Notes under the pieces: generated by a model
Told to the model about the DNA's origin: nothing
Databases searched by the model: none
Seen by the model: the letters and a program-made list of their open reading frames with translations, nothing else
Assembly: GCA_016211215.1 (NCBI GenBank)
Contig: JACQSR010000008.1
Location: 6,546-70,545 of the forward strand
Source of the DNA: Candidatus Woesearchaeota archaeon
GTDB taxonomy: Archaea; Nanobdellota; Nanobdellia; Woesearchaeales; JACQSR01
Direction: 5' to 3'
Length of the DNA stretch: 64,000 nt
Translations under genes and position numbers: made by a program
Shown: in pieces, positions 50,027 through 59,734 of the stretch
Layout: each line of letters begins with the position of its first letter
Position numbering within the stretch: the first letter of the stretch is position 1

Positions 50027-50533
50027 ATGGCAGTGGAGCAGTGCCTCGTCATTATAAAGCCCGACGGGATGGCAAAAGGGCTTACAGGGGACATAATACG
50101 CGAGCTTTCAAGGACAGACCTTGTGATGGCTGGCGCAAAGGTTGTGCAGGTTACGAGAGAGTTGTCCGAAGAGCACTACCAGCACCTGAAGGACAAGGAA
50201 TTCTTCAACGACCTGATAAAATACATAATGGGCGATTTCCATCACACCAAGTCTGTATTGGCATTGGTGTATGAAGGCGAAAAGGCAACCGAGAAAATAA
50301 GGAAGATATGCGGGGCAACCCATCCTGAAAAGGCTGAGCCAACCTCAATCAGGGGAAAATACGGCAGGGTTCATTCCGAAACAGGAGTTTTCGAGAATGT
50401 GATACACGCATCCGAGAATGCGAAAGAGGCTGAGCGCGAGATTAAGCTGTGGTTCAGGCCGAATGAACTGATACACACGATATTCCCGGTGGAAAGAAAA
50501 AACCAGAAGATGGATTCATTCTTCTGGAAGTGA
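50027..50533 (+). CDS. ndk: nucleoside diphosphate kinase
   Basis: CLVIIKPDG, active-site NVIHASEN. Conserved archaeal position after rpl24e. Confidence 0.95.
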   Translation: MAVEQCLVIIKPDGMAKGLTGDIIRELSRTDLVMAGAKVVQVTRELSEEHYQHLKDKEFFNDLIKYIMGDFHHTKSVLALVYEGEKATEKIRKICGATHPEKAEPTSIRGKYGRVHSETGVFENVIHASENAKEAEREIKLWFRPNELIHTIFPVERKNQKMDSFFWK

Positions 50534-51790
50534 CTGCTTCAGGCGCTTTATCACTTCATCTATCTTCAGCATCTCCTCTTTGCCCGTTTTCATGTCCCTG
50601 AGAGTCATCTTTTCTTTTTCCAGCTCCTTTTTGCCGATTAATATTACGTAGGGTATGCTTAGCGAATTTGCATAATCGAGGTTCTTGCTTGGACCTCTGC
50701 CGGAAAAGTCCATATCTGAATGTATACCGGAGCTGCGGAGCAAGTTCAGGATTTTCAGGCACACCTCGGCAGTGTTTATGGGTATTATGTAAACCCCTGA
50801 AACAACCTTTTTCCCTATTTTTCTTTTTTCACACACTGCATCGTGAATCCTGTCAAGCCCGAAGCTTATGCCCACTGCAGGATAATCCCCACGGCCAAGA
50901 AGCGAGGAAATCATCCTGTCATACCTTCCGCCTGCGCATATCGTGGACTTCACGGAGCTTTCCCTTGCAGCAACCTCAAACACTGTTCCGGTGTAATATG
51001 ACAATCCGCGTGCAAGGCTCTGGTCGAATCTTGCATTTACACCAAGGATTGAAAGGAATTTTTCCAGCTCCTCTATTTCCTTAATGCCCTCGCTTTTTTT
51101 CAGCAGCTTTCCAATCTTATCAATGCCCTTCATGGAAAGAACGTCCATTATCCTGGCAATTGCATCGTGGCTAATGCCCTTCCCATGCAGTTCCTTCTCA
51201 ACCTCTGTTGCACCAAACTTCTCAAGCTTATCCACTGAAAGAATAACTGTGTCGTGGCTTTCTTTTTTTACACCGCACCAGTCGAGAAGCTCGTTCAGAA
51301 GCTTGCGGTTGTTGAACCTTATCTCGACATCAATTCCGATGCGCTGAAACGCCTCCGAGGCCAATGAAAGCAGCTCAGCCTCCGCAAGCATGGTTTTTAC
51401 CCCGATAATGTCGACATCGCACTGCATGAACTGCCTGTAGCGCGAGGCGCTTATCGGGCCGTCCCTGAACACATTGCCCATCTGGTACAATTTGACTGGC
51501 ATTTTCATCTGGGAATTCATGCCGATGAATCTTGCAAGCGGCACGGTAAGGTCATACCTCAGTCCCAAATCACGGTTTCCCTGGTCCCTGAACTGGAAAG
51601 ATTCCTTCAGAATTTCTTCTCCTCCGGCGTATTTTGACGAAAGAATTTCGTAGCGCTCTATAACAGGAGTTTCAAACGGGGAAAACCCGTACAGCTCGAA
51701 AACATTTGCAAGCGCATTTTGAATATCATTCCTTACAATCTTTTCCTTTGGAAGAAAATCACGGGTGCCTTTGGCGTTTTGGAGCTCCAT
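50516..51790 (-). CDS. hisS: histidyl-tRNA synthetase
   Basis: GTRDFLP, RYRQFMQCDVDIIG and AGGRYD class II motifs. Starts 14 nt after the hisA stop. Confidence 0.95.
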   Translation of the reverse strand: MELQNAKGTRDFLPKEKIVRNDIQNALANVFELYGFSPFETPVIERYEILSSKYAGGEEILKESFQFRDQGNRDLGLRYDLTVPLARFIGMNSQMKMPVKLYQMGNVFRDGPISASRYRQFMQCDVDIIGVKTMLAEAELLSLASEAFQRIGIDVEIRFNNRKLLNELLDWCGVKKESHDTVILSVDKLEKFGATEVEKELHGKGISHDAIARIMDVLSMKGIDKIGKLLKKSEGIKEIEELEKFLSILGVNARFDQSLARGLSYYTGTVFEVAARESSVKSTICAGGRYDRMISSLLGRGDYPAVGISFGLDRIHDAVCEKRKIGKKVVSGVYIIPINTAEVCLKILNLLRSSGIHSDMDFSGRGPSKNLDYANSLSIPYVILIGKKELEKEKMTLRDMKTGKEEMLKIDEVIKRLKQSLPEE

Positions 51791-51804
51791 AGGTTAAATT
51801 TATT

Positions 51805-52503
51805 TCATTTTCTTTTAAACCTTTCCAAATCCTTCAGCTTAAGCTTGCCTGTGTAGAGCGCCATGCCCAAAACTGAATTAATCCCAAGCTCTTCAAGCTT
51901 TTCGATTTCGTGCATGGAATATATGCCACCTGCGGCCGTGATTTTGTTGTTTGTTGAATTCCCAAGCTTCTGCAATGCTGCCATGTCCGTGCCCTGCATC
52001 ATGCCTTCCCTGTCAACATAGGTGTAGAGAAATTCCGAGCAGTAAGGCTCAAGCTCCCTGATTGCTTCAAGCGCATTAATGCCTGTGCTGCTGCGCCACC
52101 CCTTTATGACTATTTCACCCTTTTTTGAGTCTACCGCAATAATAATCCTGTTTTTCCCTATCTCTGATTTAAGCCTGCCGAGAAAATTTCTGTTTATGCT
52201 GCCATGCCTGAATGCCATGCTGCCTATGATTATTTTTTTTGCCCCGGCATCAATAAGTTCCCTTGCCGTTTTTATGTCACGAATCCCGCCTCCAACCCTG
52301 CACGGAATTTTTTTGCATATCTTCTTTACCATGGCCTTGTTGCTGCCTTCCCCCTTTGCTGCATCCAGGTCTATGACCTGCACTTCAAATCCCCTGAAAT
52401 TTTCCAGGAGATTATCATAGCTGTCCAATTCTATCTTTTTTTTCTCGCCCTGCACAAGCTGGACTACTTTCCCTTTCATCAGGTCTATTGAGGGTATTAT
52501 CAT
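51805..52503 (-). CDS. hisA: ProFAR isomerase HisA
   Basis: [20 protein letters not shown]. Start set at the ATG that forms an ATGA overlap with the hisF stop. The track start is at 52515. Confidence 0.9.
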   Translation of the reverse strand: MIIPSIDLMKGKVVQLVQGEKKKIELDSYDNLLENFRGFEVQVIDLDAAKGEGSNKAMVKKICKKIPCRVGGGIRDIKTARELIDAGAKKIIIGSMAFRHGSINRNFLGRLKSEIGKNRIIIAVDSKKGEIVIKGWRSSTGINALEAIRELEPYCSEFLYTYVDREGMMQGTDMAALQKLGNSTNNKITAAGGIYSMHEIEKLEELGINSVLGMALYTGKLKLKDLERFKRK

Positions 52504-53255
52504 TCTCTCACGCAAATCCCATTTTTCCTGAGGAAAGACTTAACCTGCGCAACGGTGTATTCATTGTAATGGAATATTGAGGCTGCCAGGGCAGCGTCTG
52601 CCTTTCCCCTGCTGAAGACTTCGGCAAAATGGCGCGGGTTTCCTATTCCGCCCGATGCTATTACGGGTATGCTTACTGATTCGCTAACCTTCCTTGTCAG
52701 TTCAATATCGCACCCTTTTTTTGTGCCGTCCCTGTCCATTGAAGTAAGCAATATCTCCCCTGCACCCATTTTTTCAGCTTCCCCTGCCCATTTTACCGCA
52801 TCCAGCTTTGTTTCTTTTCTTCCGCCGTGGGTGTAAACAAGCCATCTTTTTCCCCTTTTCTTTGCGTCAATCGCAACAACAATGCACTGGCTTCCGAATT
52901 TTTTTGAAGCGGCGGTGATTAGGGGGGGATTTTCCACTGCCGCGGTGTTTATTGAAACCTTGTCTGCCCCAGCCCTTAGAAGGGAGGCGATATCATTTAG
53001 GGTTCTAACTCCCCCTCCAACGGTAAATGGTATGAACACCCTGGCAGCAACATTCCTGACAACATCAATCATTATCTTTCTTTTTTCATGCGACGCAGTT
53101 ATATCGAGGAATACCAGTTCGTCTGCAGATTGCGCATCATATTCCCCTGCAAGCCCAACAGGATTTCCCGCGTCCCTTATGCCAACAAACTTTATGCCTT
53201 TCACAACGCGCCCTGCATCAACATCCATGCACACAATGATTCTTTTCGCTAGCAT
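52500..53255 (-). CDS. hisF: imidazole glycerol phosphate synthase cyclase subunit HisF
   Basis: [31 protein letters not shown] and IASGGIG. Start at the internal ATG at 53255, 7-nt overlap with the upstream HAD gene. Confidence 0.95.
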   Translation of the reverse strand: MLAKRIIVCMDVDAGRVVKGIKFVGIRDAGNPVGLAGEYDAQSADELVFLDITASHEKRKIMIDVVRNVAARVFIPFTVGGGVRTLNDIASLLRAGADKVSINTAAVENPPLITAASKKFGSQCIVVAIDAKKRGKRWLVYTHGGRKETKLDAVKWAGEAEKMGAGEILLTSMDRDGTKKGCDIELTRKVSESVSIPVIASGGIGNPRHFAEVFSRGKADAALAASIFHYNEYTVAQVKSFLRKNGICVRE

Positions 53256-53845
53256 AGCTCCAGCAACTCCGACAGGTTTTCTATCCTCTTGTCCGCGTCT
53301 ATCCTGAAGCCGATTGCAAGGCACCCTGCGCTTCTAGCAGATTCTATGTCGTATACAGTGTCTCCCACCATGATTGAGTCCTTGGCAGAAACTTTAAGCC
53401 TCCTGCACGCCTCAAAAGCCACGTCGGGAGCGGGCTTTCCCCTCTTCACCTCGTCCCCCCCAACAATGGCGTCGAAAAACTGGTGCAGCCCCGCTGATTT
53501 AAGGAGAAGCTCCACTATTTTGCGGTGGCTGTTTGAGACAATTGCCGTTTTAATTCTCTTCTTTTTCAGCTCCTGCAGTACAGACTTTGCCTCCGGATTC
53601 ACTTTTATTTTTTTTACAAAATCCGAGAACCTGGAAAAGTAGAACTTAGAAATTTCCGCAACTTCCTCATTTGGGAGGAATCTTGCTGCAACCGTATCAA
53701 AAGACTGGGCCCATGCGTCCCTGTCGAACCTTTCGACTGTAATTTCCTTCCTGCCGAATTTTTTCAGGGATGAATTAAGAACGTCAAACCATGCATCATG
53801 CGAGTCCAGCAGAACCCCGTCCATGTCAAACAGGATTGCCTTCAT
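53249..53845 (-). CDS. HAD-superfamily hydrolase (beta-PGM-like subfamily) embedded in the his operon
   Basis: Motif [46 protein letters not shown] overlap with hisH. Confidence 0.8.
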   Translation of the reverse strand: MKAILFDMDGVLLDSHDAWFDVLNSSLKKFGRKEITVERFDRDAWAQSFDTVAARFLPNEEVAEISKFYFSRFSDFVKKIKVNPEAKSVLQELKKKRIKTAIVSNSHRKIVELLLKSAGLHQFFDAIVGGDEVKRGKPAPDVAFEACRRLKVSAKDSIMVGDTVYDIESARSAGCLAIGFRIDADKRIENLSELLELC

Positions 53846-54438
53846 CGGCAGAACCTCTTCAGTATTTCCATGCCCAATTTTCCTGACTTTTCCGGATGGA
53901 ACTGGAATGCGACTATGTTTTTTGACTCAATCCCGGAAACGAATTCACTGCCATAGTTAGTGGTGGTTAAGACTGCCTTCCTGTCCAGTGGATTTGCATA
54001 ATAGGAATGCACAAAGTAAAAATATTTCCCAGATGGCGTGTTGGCGAGTATTCTGGAATCCTTTTTTTTGGATATGGAATTCCAGCCAATATGGGGTATT
54101 TTCATCTTTCCACGGAAGCGGAGCACATTCCCCTTCAGCACGCCAAGACCTTTTACTCCGGGAGCTTCCTCGCTTTTTTCGAACAGAAGCTGAAGCCCAA
54201 GGCATATTCCCAGATAGGGCTTTCCGCCGGAAATTGCATTTTTTATAGGGATTGCCAATTTTCTTTCCCGCAGGACTTTCATTGCCGCGCCAAAATGACC
54301 AACACCGGGAAGTATGATTTTGTCTGCATTCGCTATATCCTTTGGGTTTTTGCTGACCACATATTCAACTGACAAGGATTCAAGGGCATTTGCGACATTC
54401 CTTATGTTGCCTGCGCCATAATCAACCACCACAATCAT
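53842..54438 (-). CDS. hisH: imidazole glycerol phosphate synthase glutaminase subunit HisH
   Basis: [24 protein letters not shown] (nucleophile Cys) and FQFHPEKS. Start at the ATG forming an ATGA overlap with the hisB stop. Confidence 0.93.
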   Translation of the reverse strand: MIVVVDYGAGNIRNVANALESLSVEYVVSKNPKDIANADKIILPGVGHFGAAMKVLRERKLAIPIKNAISGGKPYLGICLGLQLLFEKSEEAPGVKGLGVLKGNVLRFRGKMKIPHIGWNSISKKKDSRILANTPSGKYFYFVHSYYANPLDRKAVLTTTNYGSEFVSGIESKNIVAFQFHPEKSGKLGMEILKRFCR

Positions 54439-55016
54439 ATTCTTCCCTTCGTGCTCGGCAGTCTTTTTACGCGGCCAACAGAACAAGCCATCATCATGGA
54501 CTTTGCAAACGCCTTAAAGACAGCCTCAGCCTTGTGGTGGGGATTCCTTCCGTACGGCATGATTATGTGGATATTGCATTTTAAGCCCTGGGAAAATGCT
54601 ATAAAGAAATCCTCGAGAAGTGCTGTGTCCAAATCGCCTATCTTCTTTGCATCTATGTCCACATCAAACCTTGCATACGGACGCCCGCCTATGTCTATGG
54701 ATACAACTGCAAGGCTTTCGTCCATCGGATATACAAAATAGCCTGCACGCTGGATTCCCTTCTTATTGCCAAGAGCCTTTTCAAACGCCTGCCCAAGCAC
54801 TATTCCCGTGTCCTCAACCAGATGGTGCTGGTCCACGTCCAAATCTCCGCTGGCATTTAGTTTTATGTCAAAGAGCCCGTGCTTTGCGAAAAGCTCAAGC
54901 ATGTGGTCGAGAAAACGGATTTTTGTGCTTATTCTTGAATTCCCCCTGCCTTCAATGCGCAGGGAAATCCCTATGTCGGTCTCCTTCGTTTTCCTCCTTA
55001 TTGTTGCGGACCTCAT
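54435..55016 (-). CDS. hisB: imidazoleglycerol-phosphate dehydratase (monofunctional HisB)
   Basis: [19 protein letters not shown] and [12 protein letters not shown]. 193 aa, with no fused phosphatase domain. Confidence 0.93.
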   Translation of the reverse strand: MRSATIRRKTKETDIGISLRIEGRGNSRISTKIRFLDHMLELFAKHGLFDIKLNASGDLDVDQHHLVEDTGIVLGQAFEKALGNKKGIQRAGYFVYPMDESLAVVSIDIGGRPYARFDVDIDAKKIGDLDTALLEDFFIAFSQGLKCNIHIIMPYGRNPHHKAEAVFKAFAKSMMMACSVGRVKRLPSTKGRI

Positions 55017-55702
55017 TTTTTCTCGAGAATGGCCGGAAGCTCATTTACGCTTTCTATTACTTCGATGGCGCCGTGCTCCATGAGAAGCGACTTCAGCCCA
55101 TCGTCTTTTGCAACACCTATTGCGGGAATTCCTGCAGTCACTGCCATAGCCATGTCATCAACATTGTCGCCAACATAAACCGCATCCTTGGTGCTGAAGT
55201 GCCTCAGTGCAAGCCTTAATCCGCATGGATTTGGCTTTTTCCTGTCTCCAACATCCTCGGCGCACACGACTATGTCAAAGAAATTTCTTGCGGTGAACTG
55301 CTTGAGCGCAAAATCAGCGTCCTTTTTCGGGCGGCCGGTCACTATGCCAAGCTTGTACCTTGCATAAATCTTCTTTAATGCGCCATAATCAAAGAGCCAG
55401 CGCTCGTTCCTTACAAAACCATCATTCTTGTTTCCCCAGTAGAAGAGCTCAAATTTCCTCTCGACTTCCACAGGCTCCGGATTTTTGCCGCCAAGCTGTA
55501 TTATTTTAAGCGTAAGGTCATAATCATCATTATTTCCTGATTTGTTTTTCAGGCGCTGGATGATGCTTGGGTCTACCGGCCTGCCGAGGAAAAACTCTGC
55601 CGTTTTCTGGATTGCAGCCCTGTAAGAAGCAGATACATCAACCAATACACCGTCCATGTCAAAGACTATTGCTTTCATCTTACCATTTTGTTCCACTTCC
55701 AC
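55013..55702 (-). CDS. HAD-superfamily hydrolase, second copy in the his operon
   Basis: Motif [47 protein letters not shown] overlap with hisB. Confidence 0.75.
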   Translation of the reverse strand: MEVEQNGKMKAIVFDMDGVLVDVSASYRAAIQKTAEFFLGRPVDPSIIQRLKNKSGNNDDYDLTLKIIQLGGKNPEPVEVERKFELFYWGNKNDGFVRNERWLFDYGALKKIYARYKLGIVTGRPKKDADFALKQFTARNFFDIVVCAEDVGDRKKPNPCGLRLALRHFSTKDAVYVGDNVDDMAMAVTAGIPAIGVAKDDGLKSLLMEHGAIEVIESVNELPAILEKK

Positions 55703-55765
55703 TGGCCCTTAAGCACCCAATAGAGCGCGCCAAGGCCTATAATAGATAGTATTGCTATAAGCGCG

Positions 55766-56794
55766 TCATTCAAGGCAATCACCAATGCATTTCATAAGGC
55801 GCTTCATCTGGTCTTTTCTTCCAATAGTTATCCTGACGTAGCCTTTAATGGGGATTCTCCTTATCAGGATGCCTTTCTTCTTCAGGCAGGAGTATAGCTT
55901 TCCAGGGTTATTAAATTTTGCCAATATGAAGTTGGCATGGCCCCCATAGACATAAATTCCTCTTTTTCTCAGGAATTCCACGAGCATGATTTTGTTTTTC
56001 CTGACTTCCAGCACATATTTTCTTGCATGGCCAACATCACTCAATGCTATGCTTCCTATCAGGACAGCAAGGGAATTTACCGAATACGGCGAGCGCACGT
56101 TTTTCATGCAGGAGATGTTGTGCTTATCGGAGAGCAATGTGCCCAATCTTACTCCTGCAATCCCGAATACCTTTGAGAATGACTTCACAACAATGAGGGT
56201 GCGATATTTTTTGATTAAATTGATGCACGAGACACCAGAAAAGTCTGCATAGGCCTCGTCTATAAGCACGGCGGAGTTTTTTGCCTTTTTCAGGATTTTA
56301 ATCACGCCGGACTTTTCCAGCAATGTTCCGGTGGGGTTGTTGGGATTGGCTATTACCACAAGCTTTGTGCTTTTTTTGATTTCCTTCAGTGCTTTTTTTA
56401 GGGGAAAAGAAAAATCGCTTCCGTAGGGAATACTTTTTATTTTTGCGCCTGCAATCTGGGCATAAACCCTGAACATCGGGAACGTAGGTTCCACCATTAT
56501 GACTTCATCGTCCCTGTCAACGAATGTGTCAAACACAGTCTTTATGCCTTCGTCTGCGCCGTTTGAGGGAAGAATGTTTTCAATGCCTGTTTTGAAGTAG
56601 GATGAGAGTTTTTTGAGAAGAGAGGAGTATTCCGGATAAACTGATATGTATTTTGGGCTGAGCTTAATGCTGTTTAATTTCTGCGTTGCGCCATAGAGGT
56701 TTTCATTGAAGTCAAGCCTAAGATAAGCATCCCTTCCCTCTATCGGGGGCCTGTAGGGCTGCATCCCAATTACTGATTTTTTTGGCTTCAGCAT
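55766..56794 (-). CDS. hisC: histidinol-phosphate aminotransferase
   Basis: YPEYS, ANPNNPTG, and the PLP-lysine region SFSKVFGIAGVRLG. Confidence 0.9.
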   Translation of the reverse strand: MLKPKKSVIGMQPYRPPIEGRDAYLRLDFNENLYGATQKLNSIKLSPKYISVYPEYSSLLKKLSSYFKTGIENILPSNGADEGIKTVFDTFVDRDDEVIMVEPTFPMFRVYAQIAGAKIKSIPYGSDFSFPLKKALKEIKKSTKLVVIANPNNPTGTLLEKSGVIKILKKAKNSAVLIDEAYADFSGVSCINLIKKYRTLIVVKSFSKVFGIAGVRLGTLLSDKHNISCMKNVRSPYSVNSLAVLIGSIALSDVGHARKYVLEVRKNKIMLVEFLRKRGIYVYGGHANFILAKFNNPGKLYSCLKKKGILIRRIPIKGYVRITIGRKDQMKRLMKCIGDCLE

Positions 56795-58041
56795 TTTCTA
56801 ACCTCGACTGAGCGCTTATGGGCTGAAAGGCTCTCTGCATCTGCCAGTGCAGTTATGACTGGCCTTAATTTCCTAAGCCCCGATGCCGACAGCTTCTGAA
56901 CTGATGGCATTTTCACGAAGTCAAGCACGCTGATTCCAGACCTGAATTTTGACGCCTGCATTGTCGGAAGGACATGGGAGGGGCCCATCGCATAATCTCC
57001 AGCGGCCTCGCATGTAAACTCTCCGAGGAATATTGCTCCTGCGTTGCTTATTTTTCCGAGGATACTTTCCTCAAAAAGCTCCAGGTGCTCGGGCGCAAAA
57101 TCGTTGATGAATGCAACTGCATCACTCCTGTTTTTTGCAAGGATTATTGCGCCATAATTTTCAATTGATTGCGCTGCAATGCTGTTTTTGGCTAGTTTCT
57201 TCAACTGGATTTCCACTTCACGTGAAACCTTATTCGCCAATTTCACGCTTGTTGTAACAAAAATGGCAGACGCGTATTTGTCGTGCTCCGCCTGTGCAAG
57301 CATGTCTGCCGCTATGTAAGTTTCATTTCCCCTTTCGGCGTAAATCACCACCTCTGAAGGGCCTGCGAGGAAGTCAATGCCAACATCCCCGTACAATAAT
57401 TTCTTTGCGGCAGTTACATATATGTTTCCGGGACCCACAATCTTGTCCACCTTGGGAATGGATTCCGTGCCGTATGCCATTGCGGCTATCGCCTGCGCGC
57501 CGCCGACCCTGAAAATCCTATTGGCACCGGCCAATTTCGCCGCGGCAATTACCGCATCACCGGCCTTTGGGGGGGTGCATACAATTATTTCCTTCACGCC
57601 AGCGCATTTTGCGGGAACAACCGTCATCAGAACAGAGCTTGGCAGCGGATAATTTCCGGCAGGAATATAGCACCCAACCCTTTCTATGGGCCTTACAATC
57701 TGCCTTATCTCAATGCCATTTTCCCTTAATTTCATTTCTTTTGGCATCTGCATCCCTGAGAATTTTTTTATCCTGCCGATTGAAACCTTCATTGCATTTA
57801 GCAGTTTTTTGTCAACATTCTTGCATGCCTTTCTGATTTCAGAATCTGAGAATTCCATGTTCTTTTCGCTTAATTCAAAATTGTCAAATTTTGCTGAGAA
57901 CTCAAAAACAGCGCCATTGCCGCGCTTCTTTACCCCACTGATGATTATTTTTGCGCCTTCAATTGCCTTTTCAAGCTCGCCCGAAGAGCGCTGCTTAATC
58001 CTGTCCAGGGCTTCCCTATCGTTAATGGCGATAATTCTCAT
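56788..58041 (-). CDS. hisD: histidinol dehydrogenase
   Basis: GPGNIYV, AQAEHD and [13 protein letters not shown] motifs. Confidence 0.95.
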   Translation of the reverse strand: MRIIAINDREALDRIKQRSSGELEKAIEGAKIIISGVKKRGNGAVFEFSAKFDNFELSEKNMEFSDSEIRKACKNVDKKLLNAMKVSIGRIKKFSGMQMPKEMKLRENGIEIRQIVRPIERVGCYIPAGNYPLPSSVLMTVVPAKCAGVKEIIVCTPPKAGDAVIAAAKLAGANRIFRVGGAQAIAAMAYGTESIPKVDKIVGPGNIYVTAAKKLLYGDVGIDFLAGPSEVVIYAERGNETYIAADMLAQAEHDKYASAIFVTTSVKLANKVSREVEIQLKKLAKNSIAAQSIENYGAIILAKNRSDAVAFINDFAPEHLELFEESILGKISNAGAIFLGEFTCEAAGDYAMGPSHVLPTMQASKFRSGISVLDFVKMPSVQKLSASGLRKLRPVITALADAESLSAHKRSVEVRKC

Positions 58042-58907
58042 AGTATTATCTTGTTCAGGGCGTACTCGACAATGCCTTCCGCGCCTGCCTCCTTCAGCTT
58101 TGGTATTAACTCGCGGACGAATTTTTCGTCAATGATGGTGTTGAGGGCAACCCAGTTTATGTCGCTTAAGTCAGATATGGTGGGCTTGTTCAATGCCGGC
58201 AGAATCTTCAGGACTTTCGGAAGCTCCTTTTTGCTGACATTCATCATCAGCCCAACCTTTTCTTCCGCGAGAAGCGCTCCAAGGAGAAGCATCCTTATGT
58301 TCTCTATCTTTTTCCTCTTCCACGGATTTTTCCATGCCTCAGGGTTTGCGATGAACTTGGTGTTTGATTCCAGGATTATGTCAACAATGCGTAGGTTGTT
58401 TGCGCGCAATGACGAGCCCGTTTCGGTTATTTCAACAATTGCGTCCGCAAGCTCAGGAGGCTTTACCTCGGTTGCGCCCCAGGAGAATTCAACTTCGGCA
58501 TTCACATTGTGCTTTTTCAGGTACTGCTTTGTGAGGTTTACTGCTTCCGTTGCTATCTTCTTGCCCTCCAAATCCCTTACGCTCCTGATTTTGCTTTCAA
58601 AAGGAACAGCGAGAACCCATTTTACCCTTCCAAGGCCCTGCTTTGAATATATTAAATCGGCAATAGCTACCACATTTGAGCTGTTTTCCAAAATCCAGTC
58701 ATGGCCTGTCAACCCGCAGTCCATGTGGCCGTTTTCAACATAGCGCGACATTTCCTGCGCCCTAACCATTATGCATTCTATTTCCTCATCGTTGATTTTT
58801 GGGTAATAGGAGCGCTCGTCAACCTGTATTGAATATCCTGCCTTCCTGAAAATCCTTACGGTGGATTCCTGAAGGCTGCCCTTTGGTATGCCGAGCTTGA
58901 GTTTCAT
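58038..58907 (-). CDS. hisG: ATP phosphoribosyltransferase, long form
   Basis: [16 protein letters not shown]. 289 aa from the ATG that forms an ATGA overlap with the hisI stop. The track start at 58991 lies inside hisI. Confidence 0.9.
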   Translation of the reverse strand: MKLKLGIPKGSLQESTVRIFRKAGYSIQVDERSYYPKINDEEIECIMVRAQEMSRYVENGHMDCGLTGHDWILENSSNVVAIADLIYSKQGLGRVKWVLAVPFESKIRSVRDLEGKKIATEAVNLTKQYLKKHNVNAEVEFSWGATEVKPPELADAIVEITETGSSLRANNLRIVDIILESNTKFIANPEAWKNPWKRKKIENIRMLLLGALLAEEKVGLMMNVSKKELPKVLKILPALNKPTISDLSDINWVALNTIIDEKFVRELIPKLKEAGAEGIVEYALNKIIL

Positions 58908-59275
58908 GCCCTTTTGTACACCTTTTTCGGATTGAAAACTCTTTTTCCCATTGTTTTTAATTTTCCGTTTTTCAGTTTCCTGTAGAAGCACGATTTATAG
59001 CCTTTGTGGCAGGCTGCATTGACCTGCTCCACTTTCAGCAGGATTGAATCATTATCGCAGTCAACATATATTTCCCTTACCTTCTGGATGTTTCCTGATT
59101 CCTCGCCCTTTCTCCACAGTTTATTTCTGGACCTTGAGAAATAGCATGCCTTCCCTTCCCTTAATGTTGTTTCGAACGCCTCCCTGTTCATGAAGGCAAG
59201 CATTAAAACTTCGTTGGTCTTGAAGTCCTGCGCTATTGCAGGAATTATTCCGTTAAGCTTGCTGAAATTCATCAT
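58904..59275 (-). CDS. hisI: phosphoribosyl-AMP cyclohydrolase (HisI only, no HisE domain)
   Basis: [40 protein letters not shown] and [14 protein letters not shown] at 59275 is preceded by AGGGGGA, and the TATA (RC of TATTTAAA, 59309-59316) is about 35 nt upstream. The track TTG at 59305 is too close to the TATA. Confidence 0.9.
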   Translation of the reverse strand: MMNFSKLNGIIPAIAQDFKTNEVLMLAFMNREAFETTLREGKACYFSRSRNKLWRKGEESGNIQKVREIYVDCDNDSILLKVEQVNAACHKGYKSCFYRKLKNGKLKTMGKRVFNPKKVYKRA

Positions 59276-59341
59276 ATTTATCCCCCTTAGTTTGGAGAAT
59301 GGCAAAGATATTTAAATGTTTCGGTTTACTTGTACTTTATT

Positions 59342-59552
59342 AAGTATAAATTAAGTATAAATAAAGTATAAATCCTAATTGTTACAAAATAAAATTGTTT
59401 AGTATAGAAAGGTTTAAATAAAGGAGTACTATGTTTAGTATAAATAAAGTATATATCAAATAAGGATATCATTATCCAAAAATAGGAAAAAACAATAAGA
59501 TTTATATATTGGAGTACTTGATTATGGATAAACTTAGTATATATCAAGTATA
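59342..59552. promoter_or_regulatory. array of at least 8 AGTATA(A/T/G)A motifs, mostly in 11-bp phased pairs or triplets, in the divergent hisI / RHH intergenic region
   Basis: TTAAGTATAAA-TTAAGTATAAA-TAAAGTATAAA (AGTATA at 59344, 59355, 59366). AGTATAGA at 59401. AGTATA at 59437 and 59448, and at 59536 and 59547. Also GGAGTACT twice. Confidence 0.6.
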
Positions 59553-59563
59553 AACACTATAAA

Positions 59564-59734
59564 ATGCCAGAATCCATCCAGATTAGGATAACCGTTTCTA
59601 AGGAGATAAATGACCTGCTGGAGAAGGTAGGCAAAAAACTTGGAAAGAAAAAATCAATGCTTGCGCGCGAATTGATGGAGCAGAAGCTCTATGATTTGCA
59701 GCTGATACAAAAGGAGCTTGGAAATGAGAAATAA
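59564..59734 (+). CDS. unlisted 56-aa ribbon-helix-helix (CopG/Arc-like) protein
   Basis: Hand translation: MPESIQIRITVSKEINDLLEKVGKKLGKKKSMLARELMEQKLYDLQLIQKELGNEK*. Strand (IQIRITV), helix (SKEINDLLEKVGKKLG), helix (KSMLARELMEQKL). Overlaps the next gene start by 11 nt. Confidence 0.6.
   Translation: MPESIQIRITVSKEINDLLEKVGKKLGKKKSMLARELMEQKLYDLQLIQKELGNEK

Noticed and set aside
49863-50057. Track ORF of 64 aa (MHFLRKGNRAGNRQ...)
   Set aside because: Wrong frame. The overlapping frame from 49855 encodes a textbook L24e ([20 protein letters not shown]...), coupled to rps28e by TAATG.
59326-59547. Track ORF of 73 aa on the minus strand in the hisI-RHH intergenic region
   Set aside because: It lies entirely in the AT-rich repeat/promoter region. 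Its Ile/Tyr/Phe/Lys composition simply reflects AT richness, and it runs across the phased AGTATAAA motifs.
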